DNA of 64,000 bases, taken from an archaeon. Lineage in GTDB: Archaea > Aenigmatarchaeota > Aenigmatarchaeia > QMZP01 > JAFGSV01. How positions within the stretch are numbered: the stretch's first letter is position 1; every line of letters begins with the position of its first letter. Position numbers and translations under genes: made by a program. The notes beneath the pieces are model-generated. The model was not told where the DNA came from and did no database searches. It saw only the letters and a program-made list of their open reading frames with translations. The stretch covers positions 2,688 to 66,687 of the forward strand of contig JANQNF010000005.1 of the NCBI GenBank assembly GCA_028279705.1. The letters run 5' to 3'. This document shows positions 31,295 through 39,121 of this stretch, in pieces.

Positions 31295-31640
31295 TCTAAA
31301 ACGAAATCAAAACCGAATACAAAAATAAAGTCTTCAACACCAACACGATATTGAAAACACAAAATCCAAAATCTTCAATCCAAAAACCCAATTCCAAAAA
31401 TGACTTCCGGTGCTCAAAACTGGGTATTCCATTTTCTCAGAGTTCCTCTACCTACCCCTCACAAGGGGGTGTGCACTTCCGCACAGTGCCCTTCCGCACA
31501 CCACCTCATCGGGGGGTGTCAATTCCGCACATGTGCTCCACACGCACACTTCCGTGCCAATACCGCACGTTTCCATTGTGGGCTCCATATTTCCATTTTG
31601 CCGCTATGTGGAAAAATCTGCTCACTATAACTATTCATTT
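31295..31640. repeat. A-tract region followed by TTCCGCAC/TTCCA repeats
   Basis: Repeated AAAA(A) tracts at 31298-31400; TTCCGCAC at 31477, 31492, 31523; TTCCAT/GTGGAA at 31571-31615. Confidence 0.6.
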
Positions 31641-31970
31641 CCAGCGCGCGCCATCCACAAGCGATTTTAGCGGTTAGCAAAGGGAAAACTCCATATATCG
31701 CACCTGCCGCGCTTTACAGCCAAACGGGGTATATAGCAGGCCAGCCAGTACAGGCCACTAGGGGCGATATTTGCCCTGCCAGCGACCGGGCTGTTGGCCA
31801 GCCACTAGGCCAGCACAGCCAGCCAGCGCAACCCCTAGCAGGTTGCCAGCGTAATATCGTACAGGCTTGCGCACAGTCGCACAGCTATCGCGTTTTTTGC
31901 GCCCCTGTACTTTGTATCGGCTGGCCAAAAATCGCACCACGTGCGATATTTGCTGGCCTGTTGCCAGCGC

Positions 31971-31997
31971 ATAAAAATAGCCCGGTAAAACCGGGCT
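31971..31997 (-). terminator. Rho-independent terminator
   Basis: AGCCCGGT-AAA-ACCGGGCT stem followed on the minus strand by ATTTTTAT; just downstream of ORF 32021-32323. Confidence 0.8.
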
Positions 31998-32020
31998 AAT
32001 GGGCTATTTTTCGTTTTTTC

Positions 32021-32323
32021 CTATTTTCCACAATTGGGGCAAGCGCTTTGGCACCCGGTTTGCAAGGGCAATTCCACGCGCCCACAATGCGGGCAAAGGT
32101 TTTCCAACCAGCCTGTTAGGCTGGCCAATGTGTTAGCCTGTTTGGCTTGCCGTGCTGTTAGGCCAGTACGCAATTCCATAGCCTGTAGGCTTGCGCTATA
32201 CCCGTTAAGCATTTCCAGCAAGTTTTCCAACGCGCTGTACTGGTTGGGGGGTGCTACTTGGTTTTCAATAGCGCCTAGCAATACCTGTGCAAAGTGCTTT
32301 GCAATGTTATTGGTGTTGGCCAT
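32021..32323 (-). CDS. Early protein with C-terminal Zn ribbon
   Basis: MANTNNIAK...CPHC...CPNCGK; lies between its own promoter and terminator; contains no Asp. Confidence 0.7.
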   Translation of the reverse strand: MANTNNIAKHFAQVLLGAIENQVAPPNQYSALENLLEMLNGYSASLQAMELRTGLTARQAKQANTLASLTGWLENLCPHCGRVELPLQTGCQSACPNCGK

Positions 32324-32372
32324 GTTTTGCCCTTGTGTTAGGGGGTGTTGTGGTTGCCTGTTACGTACATAC

Positions 32373-32400
32373 ATTTTAGCAACCTGTTAGCCCCTTGCAA
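32373..32400 (-). promoter_or_regulatory. sigma70-type promoter (leftward P3)
   Basis: Minus strand TTGCAA-N16-TAAAAT. Confidence 0.75.
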
Positions 32401-32490
32401 GGCCAGCCAACACGTAATTTCCACTTTGTGGAAAATAGTTGGCTACTAGCATTTTCCATACCAATAGCAAACAATTTTCAACAAAGCACA

Positions 32491-32520
32491 TAAAAATAGC
32501 CCGGTTTTCCTAACCGGGCT
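32491..32520 (-). terminator. Rho-independent terminator
   Basis: AGCCCGGTT-loop-AACCGGGCT plus minus-strand ATTTTTAT; near copy of the 31971-31997 terminator. Confidence 0.8.
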
Positions 32521-32546
32521 GTTTTGGTTAATTGGTTGGCTGGCTA

Positions 32547-32876
32547 CTAGCTTTCCTCGCCACCGCGTAAATCGTACCCGCCGTTTTTGTTGGCATGGGC
32601 AATGGTTTTCCGCCCTTGTGGCGTAATGCTGTAGTAGGTTGGGCTGTCCGCACCGCTTTCCAATTCGTATGCGGCGTCCGCCATATTGCCCAATTCCACT
32701 TCCTCGTCGCAAGTTGGCTTGCAACCGTGGCTTAGGTTAATGCCATCGCGTATTTCGCTGGCAGTGCTTTCGCCGTTTTTGGCCACAAATTCCAAAATAC
32801 GCAAGCGTACGGTTTTGGCCTTGGCCTTGGGTGCGGTGGACTTTTTGGCGGTTTTGCTTTTTGCTGTTTTGGCCAT
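32547..32876 (-). CDS. Winged-helix DNA-binding protein with Lys/Ala-rich histone-like N-terminus
   Basis: GAGGAG RBS; MAKTAKSKTAKKSTAPKAKAK then RLRILEFVAKNG...ASEIRDGI...YYSITPQGR (PadR/MarR-like wing). Confidence 0.75.
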   Translation of the reverse strand: MAKTAKSKTAKKSTAPKAKAKTVRLRILEFVAKNGESTASEIRDGINLSHGCKPTCDEEVELGNMADAAYELESGADSPTYYSITPQGRKTIAHANKNGGYDLRGGEES

Positions 32877-32958
32877 TGTTTGGCTCCTCAATAAAACAGG
32901 TGTAACGGGTTGGCCTTTTGCGGCCTAGCTGCCAACAACGTGTTGGCCACTGTTAACC

Positions 32959-32986
32959 AATATAGGATAAAAACGGCTGTAGGCAA
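32959..32986 (-). promoter_or_regulatory. sigma70-type promoter (leftward P2)
   Basis: Minus strand TTGCCT-N16-TATATT. Confidence 0.7.
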
Positions 32987-33117
32987 TAGCAGGCTACACC
33001 CATTTATCCATTTTTGCCAAAGTATTTTGGATAGCTGGACCTAAGTGCTGTTATAGCAATAGGTTAGGCGCATAGATTATTTTTGCCCTGTACTGGCCAG
33101 CCAGCCAATTTCTACCA

Positions 33118-33345
33118 CTAGCAGGGGGTGTGTAAGCACCGCAAGCCAGCGCTAGCCAGTGGATTTTGATAGGATTTTTCCTTACTGTTAGTAGTTTGGA
33201 AATTGTTATAGTAGGTTTCCAGCGCAGTAAATTCCTGCTCCAGCACCCAACCAAGCGCGTTATTTTCTTTTCCATAACTACGGGTTGCAACTACGGTCCA
33301 TCCATTACGCGCTGTTATGCGTACACCTTTTTCACTAGTGGCCAT
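33118..33345 (-). CDS. Possible small protein (75 aa) at the 3' end of the P1 transcript
   Basis: AGGTG RBS-like element before ATG; most GA dinucleotides here are in-frame Glu codons. It could instead be part of the structured RNA. Confidence 0.4.
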   Translation of the reverse strand: MATSEKGVRITARNGWTVVATRSYGKENNALGWVLEQEFTALETYYNNFQTTNSKEKSYQNPLASAGLRCLHTPC

Positions 33346-33349
33346 TTGT

Positions 33350-34002
33350 ACACCTATACCCAACACGGGCGCTAAAGGTTTATCCAACACGGAAAACAAA
33401 CGTTAGCGCGCTAATGCCATTGCAACTATACAAACGTACACTAGCGCGTTGAACAATTGTTTTCACAAACTGTTAACCACCGCTACACTTTGCCGCACAC
33501 ATACCCGCGCTCATTGTATTGTTAGTTGGCAGTGCGCTCCATACTGGTTTTGCGCGTAGCACTTGTGTTCCATTTTACCCGGCAAAACACGGGGTAAAAT
33601 CAACACCAATTAAGTATGGAAAACATAGCGGTTAGGTTACTTAACCACAAACAACAGTACGCATTGAAAACCGTTTGGCCAAACAAGCGTAGGCCAGCAC
33701 TGTTCCCGCAGTGCGCGTAACGGTTGCGCTGTTGTTAATGGGTTGCAATGTTCCTGTGCCATTGCTCCGCATAGTAGGTTGTGTGTTACCTGTTCGCTAT
33801 GCGTTAAGCACCTACACTGTAAGCGGGTATTGAAACCAACTAACCGTATGCAACATGGTTTTCAATAACCACTGGTTGCAACTAAAGCTTTACTGGCTGT
33901 TTTACGCTTTCCACGTGTAGCCTGTATACCAACACCAACACGGCGCAGCATACGTTTCCCCGTATAGCCACGGGGTAGGGTTAGTAGGTTGCCAAAGAGC
34001 AG
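33350..34002 (-). ncRNA. Candidate large structured RNA or long leader (may extend to ~33110)
   Basis: Starts right after promoter P1; no credible ORF; many helices, with G-U pairs that work only on the minus strand; GAAA tetraloop hairpin at 33452-33474. Confidence 0.55.
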
Positions 34003-34008
34003 CATAAC

Positions 34009-34036
34009 ATTATAGGTATAACACCCCCTATAGCAA
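34009..34036 (-). promoter_or_regulatory. sigma70-type promoter (leftward P1)
   Basis: Minus strand TTGCTA-N16-TATAAT. Confidence 0.8.
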
Positions 34037-34627
34037 GGCCAGCACGGCAATATAGCAAGCCAGTACAATATCGGATAAAAGGGGCCAAATATCGGATTTA
34101 AGCTACTTTAGCGGCAAATACGGGGTTACCACGGCTTTTTGGTTAGCACGCACCAGGTGCGATATTTACCCCCTTGTTGTCGGTTTTGCCTGTATATGTA
34201 TATATAATATATATTTACCATTAAATCCGCTAACCGTATAGGACCTAAGTTGTTGATAATAAAGTACTTACAGCTACAAGTGGAACATTGTATAGCATAC
34301 TAGCGCCTTCCATATGGAAAAGTGGATACTTGTTATCCTGTAGGGAAAAGTGTTATATGGAAATGGAAAACATACTAACTTCCACATAGTATACTAATGG
34401 AAAACGATATAACTACTTTCCATAGGTGGTGTGCGTTTACAAATCCAAAGCTCAATTTCCACGTGTGGAGCGCAGGGTAAAGTATTTTTCATATAGGGAA
34501 TCCTACACATGAAACACGTATGGAAGTAGTAGTTCAATACTTTTGTTCCATACAGCTAATAACTGTTATGCTTTCGGTTAGGTTTGATGCGATATGTACG
34601 TTATTCACGGGAGTTTTACCCGAACAC

Positions 34628-34656
34628 TTGCCAAGCCTGTCCAGATAGGGTATTAT
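34628..34656 (+). promoter_or_regulatory. sigma70-type promoter for the rightward arm
   Basis: TTGCCA-N17-TATTAT about 50 bp upstream of the ATG at 34708. Confidence 0.6.
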
Positions 34657-34707
34657 TTTGACTGTTTTGGTTTCAGCCGATTAATCCCGTTAATCCCGGA
34701 GTAACAG

Positions 34708-35820
34708 ATGGCTAAGAAGGAAAAAGTCAAGATCGCAGTCAACGCTGATACCGTGAGGAATGGTATCTATGCAGCAACCGATATCGGTCGTAAGGATGTC
34801 AAGCATGTCACAGGTACTATCCTGGAGGATATGGGAGACACTATTGCCAAGGTCAAACTCGACAGGGATGGGGATGATCTGGCCAACACATACAATCTAC
34901 GAAAGGAGTGGCTGATCTAATGTTACCACGCAAAGGTGATCCATTTCCAGGAGAAACAAACATGATGCCAAAAGAAGGACAACCGTCCAACCAAGAAGCC
35001 CTCGATGCAGCAGCCCAACAAGGAGCCTGTTGTATGGGACAAGATCCTGCTTGTAAGAATGGGGATAAGCTGGTACTCAGCCTCAACCTTGTACCCGATC
35101 TCAGCAAGCCTGTCAGTTACATGGATGTCAAGAAGCAGCTATTGGAGCAAGCAGCGGCGGCAATTGAGGAGTTCGTTAACAAACACGTTCATCTACAACC
35201 AATCAACGATGGCTGAGTTTACCCTCATCAAGTGGCTAGACAGCGCAGGCAAGGACGGGTGGCAACACGAAGATGAGCTACCTGAGCCTTGTGAGATTAC
35301 CACCCTGGGATTCCTGGTGAAAGAAACAGATGACGCTGTCTGGGTGAGTTGTTCCAAAGTAACTAATGGGGAACAGTGGGCTCAGGTGATGGTGATTCCT
35401 ACCTACTGCATCCTAGAACGTTGGGAGGTACAAATCAAGTGACGACCAGCAAGATTATACTCCACGGAAGTGTCCATGACGGTAATGAGCTTACCACAGA
35501 AGCCAGCTTGGAGCACTTCAGAGAATTACCCGATGATCTATACATTCGGATGCAAGGAGTGTATTTCAAGTGTGTGGATGTTGAGGGTAACGATTTTCAC
35601 TTCGAAGTAATACCACCGGATGAGATCCATGATTGTTATTCCGACCGACAGTGACTTCTGGGAATGGCTTGAATCCAACAGAGTGGTTTATTTTGGGAAG
35701 GAGGTGTGCTTTCAAATATCTGATATAGAGGAACCGTTCGAAGACCGTTTGAGAAAGTGTTGCGAGCTGAGGGGAGTACCCTACGTTCCATCTGATCACC
35801 CTGATAGACAGTCCCGATAA
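34708..35820 (+). other. Five small hypothetical genes opening the rightward arm (34708-34920, ~34962-35216, 35209-35442, 35439-35654, 35620-35820)
   Basis: Coupled ORFs with GGAG RBSs. Confidence 0.6.
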
Positions 35821-35837
35821 AGTAGAAGGAGAACCTT

Positions 35838-36992
35838 ATGTTCAAGAAGTTTATTATTTCAGCGTTGATGGTGTTGGGAGGCCTGTACTCTCTCCCAGAG
35901 AATCATGCGCAGGTAATCGGAGAACCAGGAGTTCACGTTGAGTACCAAGCAGCAGAAGTCAACCTAGCCGAAGGGATGGTATTTCCCCATAAAGCCGGTG
36001 GACAAATCCTGGGAGCAGGTACTGGACCAGCAATCAAGAACAACAATCTGAAGGGGAACACTACTCAGTTCTATTGGCAGGGTGCTACGGGACCTATGAT
36101 GAAGGTGTACGGTTCCCACTACCTCATTGACGGGTTTTCCTTACATGGCCAGTATTGGCAGAACAAGGAGTTAGTTGGTGAGAAAGCTGATATAGGACTT
36201 CTTATTGCCAAGAAGCCGGGTCTAGGGACAGGGAAACACGATATCCGCCGGTTGTATATTTCCAATACAAAGGTTGGGATGCAGTTTGGAGAAACAGAGA
36301 ACGACCACAACTGCGATGAATGCCAGATAGGCTTCTACCAATCCCATCAAAACGATGTAGGTGTCAAGCTGAAAAACAGCATGGCAATGGGACATCACTT
36401 TGAACGGTACATTGGGAAAGGCACCCCAATCCACTTTCAGATAGATGCTGGAGGTAAGGTATCCGTCGATAAGGTATTCATTGTCAAAGGAACCCTGTTA
36501 CACTTCTCAGACGATAACGAGAACAAGTTCACAGGACCTAACAACGGTTCCTTCTGGTTCAGAAGCCTACACGCTGACCAGCAGAGTGGGAGTGATATGA
36601 GGTATCTGGTGATGGAGAGATCCTTACCGCTTCATGTTACCTTTGACGGTGGGCACATTTCCTACGACAAGTATTACCAAGAAGATGCTAGGCTATGTGT
36701 AGCCAAGGGGCCAGCCGTTATCATCTTACGGGATATCAATAATCTTCAACGTGGTATGTTAGGGGGAACCCCAGAGGATAGACCTGGGAATTGGCCTGAT
36801 ACACATCCTACTTATATTGTTGAAAACTGCCGGTTGGCAGGAATGTCGAGTGTAGCGGAGTTGGCAGCACCCGGTTCCACTATTACCATCATAGGTCGGA
36901 GTAATATCCGCCACTGGACTAACGAACTTCTACCAGATGGTACGTTTCACATAGTCCCACCTGAACCCTTTACACCGGGAGGAACAAACTAA
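35838..36992 (+). CDS. Secreted beta-helix (pectate-lyase-like fold) protein
   Basis: Signal peptide MFKKFIISALMVLGG...HA; ILGAG, IDGFSLHG and repeated short beta-strand turns. Confidence 0.55.
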   Translation: MFKKFIISALMVLGGLYSLPENHAQVIGEPGVHVEYQAAEVNLAEGMVFPHKAGGQILGAGTGPAIKNNNLKGNTTQFYWQGATGPMMKVYGSHYLIDGFSLHGQYWQNKELVGEKADIGLLIAKKPGLGTGKHDIRRLYISNTKVGMQFGETENDHNCDECQIGFYQSHQNDVGVKLKNSMAMGHHFERYIGKGTPIHFQIDAGGKVSVDKVFIVKGTLLHFSDDNENKFTGPNNGSFWFRSLHADQQSGSDMRYLVMERSLPLHVTFDGGHISYDKYYQEDARLCVAKGPAVIILRDINNLQRGMLGGTPEDRPGNWPDTHPTYIVENCRLAGMSSVAELAAPGSTITIIGRSNIRHWTNELLPDGTFHIVPPEPFTPGGTN

Positions 36993-37264
36993 TGCAACGT
37001 CGAGAGTTTCTCAGAAACCTGAGAGATGGAATTGCGGGTGTCGCGATCGGCGGACCTGCGGTCCTTACGATCATTTCGTCGAACTCGGGAACAACGACAA
37101 TCACGCAAAGCTACGAAGAATACTGCATTGAACAGTACGGTCATCCCTGTACCACGACCCTCCCACCGGAGTACTTCAAAGATCCTAACTTTGCGGAGTG
37201 GTACGATAACGTAAAAAGAGGAGGAATCAGCTTTGATCGACAGAATCAGAACGATCGTCAATAA
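36992..37264 (+). CDS. Small protein with twin-arginine-like N-terminus
   Basis: MQRREFL followed by a hydrophobic stretch. Confidence 0.5.
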   Translation: MQRREFLRNLRDGIAGVAIGGPAVLTIISSNSGTTTITQSYEEYCIEQYGHPCTTTLPPEYFKDPNFAEWYDNVKRGGISFDRQNQNDRQ

Positions 37265-37721
37265 CTTCCTGGTCGTGGGCTTGTGGCTGACTCTGTTAGT
37301 CTTTGGCTTTACAATCCATGGAAGACCGTACATAGATGCTCTCAATACGCACTTGGCCAATCAGGAGTTCTTCTACTTCTTTGGTGACCTTGCTGTGGGA
37401 GCATTTTGTTTTACCCCGTCTAATATGTTCCTGGTATCTGTGTTATCCTGTTTCATAGGAGCAGAGCTTGCCAGACGTACTGAAGAGGGTGAGATACCTG
37501 TAGAAGAACATCCTAACTATCCACTACTTTGGAAAGACGCTCTGATGCGCGGGTTCGTTTGCTTCTTCAGTGTATTCTTCGTCATAGGTTGGATGGATGC
37601 TCAGAAACTGCTTAACGCTGGCCAAGAGGATTACTTCAAGGCCGTCGGGATGGTAGTCCCAGTCAGTCTCGGAGCCGGGTTCAACCCCAAGAAAATCCCA
37701 GCATTGATTTTTAGGAGTTAA
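37233..37721 (+). CDS. Multi-pass membrane protein
   Basis: About 4 hydrophobic helices. Confidence 0.65.
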   Translation: MIDRIRTIVNNFLVVGLWLTLLVFGFTIHGRPYIDALNTHLANQEFFYFFGDLAVGAFCFTPSNMFLVSVLSCFIGAELARRTEEGEIPVEEHPNYPLLWKDALMRGFVCFFSVFFVIGWMDAQKLLNAGQEDYFKAVGMVVPVSLGAGFNPKKIPALIFRS

Positions 37722-37723
37722 CT

Positions 37724-38536
37724 GTGCCTCCAAAGGAAAACAAAATCAAGGAAGGTGGTAGGGTGAAGAAACCGAAGAAACGCGGTTACGAACCTAAGAG
37801 TCCAGCCGGTAAGAAGCGTGTGATGGAGCGCCGTCGCCGGCGAGGTATTGTTCGTAGGGAGATCCTCAAGGGTAACACCAACGTTACAGAGCTGGCTGAA
37901 AAGCTGGGAGTATCCCGTGGAACTATAAGTAAGGATATGCGTTGGGTATTCCAGCAATGGAAATTTGCTGACGAGAAAATGTTCGTCAACGATCAAACTC
38001 GCCGTGCTGCCCGCGTTCAACAACTTATGGACACCATCAACCGTGCTGTGGAAGCTTTCGAAGACAGTCAGGAGGATGCGGAAAAGGTAGTTACCCACAA
38101 AGTCAACAAGAAGTGCTTCGCCTGCAACGGTACAGGCCTCAAGAGGCTAAACGGGCAGAAAGTACAGAAAAACGGGAGTGCGCAGCGAGAGACTTGTCAG
38201 GAGTGCAGTGGTAAGCGTACAATTGCGGTCGTAACAGAAACTCGTGAAACCAGAGGACAAGCAGGTGATGCAGCATTTCTAAACGTCATTAGATCGTGTG
38301 TAAGGGACATCGCGGACCTTGAAGGACTCCGTACTACGAAGCATGAACATAGTGGCGCTGTGACAACAGATCTGCTTATCCGCTTGGTAGCTGAGTTGGA
38401 AAATACAGGAGACCAAATGATCACTGATGATGCGATAGATGCTATTGCGTACAAGGCTCTAGCCCATCAAAAGTCTCAGGAGGAGGAAGATGAGTTCACT
38501 ACAGAGCAAATCACGGAAGCAGCCGAGAGTCCGTAG
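37724..38536 (+). CDS. Probable terminase small subunit (HTH + inserted Zn finger)
   Basis: HTH NVTELAEKLGVSRGTISKD; CFACNGTG...CQECSG; C-terminal KHEHSG; upstream of terL. Confidence 0.7.
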   Translation: MPPKENKIKEGGRVKKPKKRGYEPKSPAGKKRVMERRRRRGIVRREILKGNTNVTELAEKLGVSRGTISKDMRWVFQQWKFADEKMFVNDQTRRAARVQQLMDTINRAVEAFEDSQEDAEKVVTHKVNKKCFACNGTGLKRLNGQKVQKNGSAQRETCQECSGKRTIAVVTETRETRGQAGDAAFLNVIRSCVRDIADLEGLRTTKHEHSGAVTTDLLIRLVAELENTGDQMITDDAIDAIAYKALAHQKSQEEEDEFTTEQITEAAESP

Positions 38537-38711
38537 GAAAGCATACCTACAAGGACAGGACGCTGCTCGGAACCAGGAACCGGATTCCATTTGTCCTTAC
38601 CGTTCCAAGAATTCTAAGAACCAAGTAGGTAGTTCATTGGAAAGTGAAAATCGACAACTATGGTTCGACGGATATTTGGATTACATATTCCAACAGAAAT
38701 ATGGAGACTAA
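38490..38711 (+). CDS. RMF/CrpP-like small protein
   Basis: AYLQGQDA...CPY...WFDGY pattern. Confidence 0.55.
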   Translation: MSSLQSKSRKQPRVRRKAYLQGQDAARNQEPDSICPYRSKNSKNQVGSSLESENRQLWFDGYLDYIFQQKYGD

Positions 38712-38712
38712 T

Positions 38713-39033
38713 ATGGAAGTTAGTAGCAGCAAATTCCATGAGTTGATTACTTTCGCCTTGTCAGAGTGTATGGGCGCGAACCCGTTTGACGGGGAACATC
38801 GCCTTGCTATTATGGACGAAGCGGGTGAAGAATTGCTCATCAGCATACCACTAGGACCCGCAGTAAGTTCAATCAAGTGTATTGCTGACTGTCTCCTACA
38901 TTCCCACAGCACAGGAACTATCAAACTAGCAGAGGACTGTAAGATTGCTTTGGAGAACGTTTCCTTCCAGTTGTCCGAGATAGTTGACTACGATGTTTTT
39001 GAACCACCAAGCGACCAGGATGATGAAACGTAG
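38713..39033 (+). CDS. Hypothetical protein
   Basis: GGAG RBS before the ATG at 38713. Confidence 0.55.
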   Translation: MEVSSSKFHELITFALSECMGANPFDGEHRLAIMDEAGEELLISIPLGPAVSSIKCIADCLLHSHSTGTIKLAEDCKIALENVSFQLSEIVDYDVFEPPSDQDDET

Positions 39034-39121
39034 GTAAGGCTCCTCAGGTTTTGGCCTCGTTCGGCTGCCTCCGTGCCGGTTAACAGTCTGGAGTAAATCC
39101 AGCCTACGGAGTTATTTTATT

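Noticed and set aside
31351-32390. Plus-strand ORFs in the control region (31351, 31400, 31410, 32034) and minus ORF 31758-31940
   Set aside because: No RBS, low complexity or antisense to better-supported genes; promoters and terminators all point leftward.
33110-34002. tRNA, tmRNA, RNase P or group I intron identity for the structured RNA
   Set aside because: No T-arm GTTCRA, no tmRNA-style termini, no RNase P GAGGAAAGUCC core, and no interrupted gene.
31640-34500. Foreign insertion or chimeric assembly as the cause of the compositional shift
   Set aside because: Its genes are co-oriented with the adjacent early arm, the same motif recurs at 17.3-17.6 kb, and there is no transposase or integrase. 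Read mapping is still needed to exclude it fully.
31470-34560. CRISPR array
   Set aside because: Repeats are only 5-13 bp, irregularly spaced and in mixed orientation; no cas genes.
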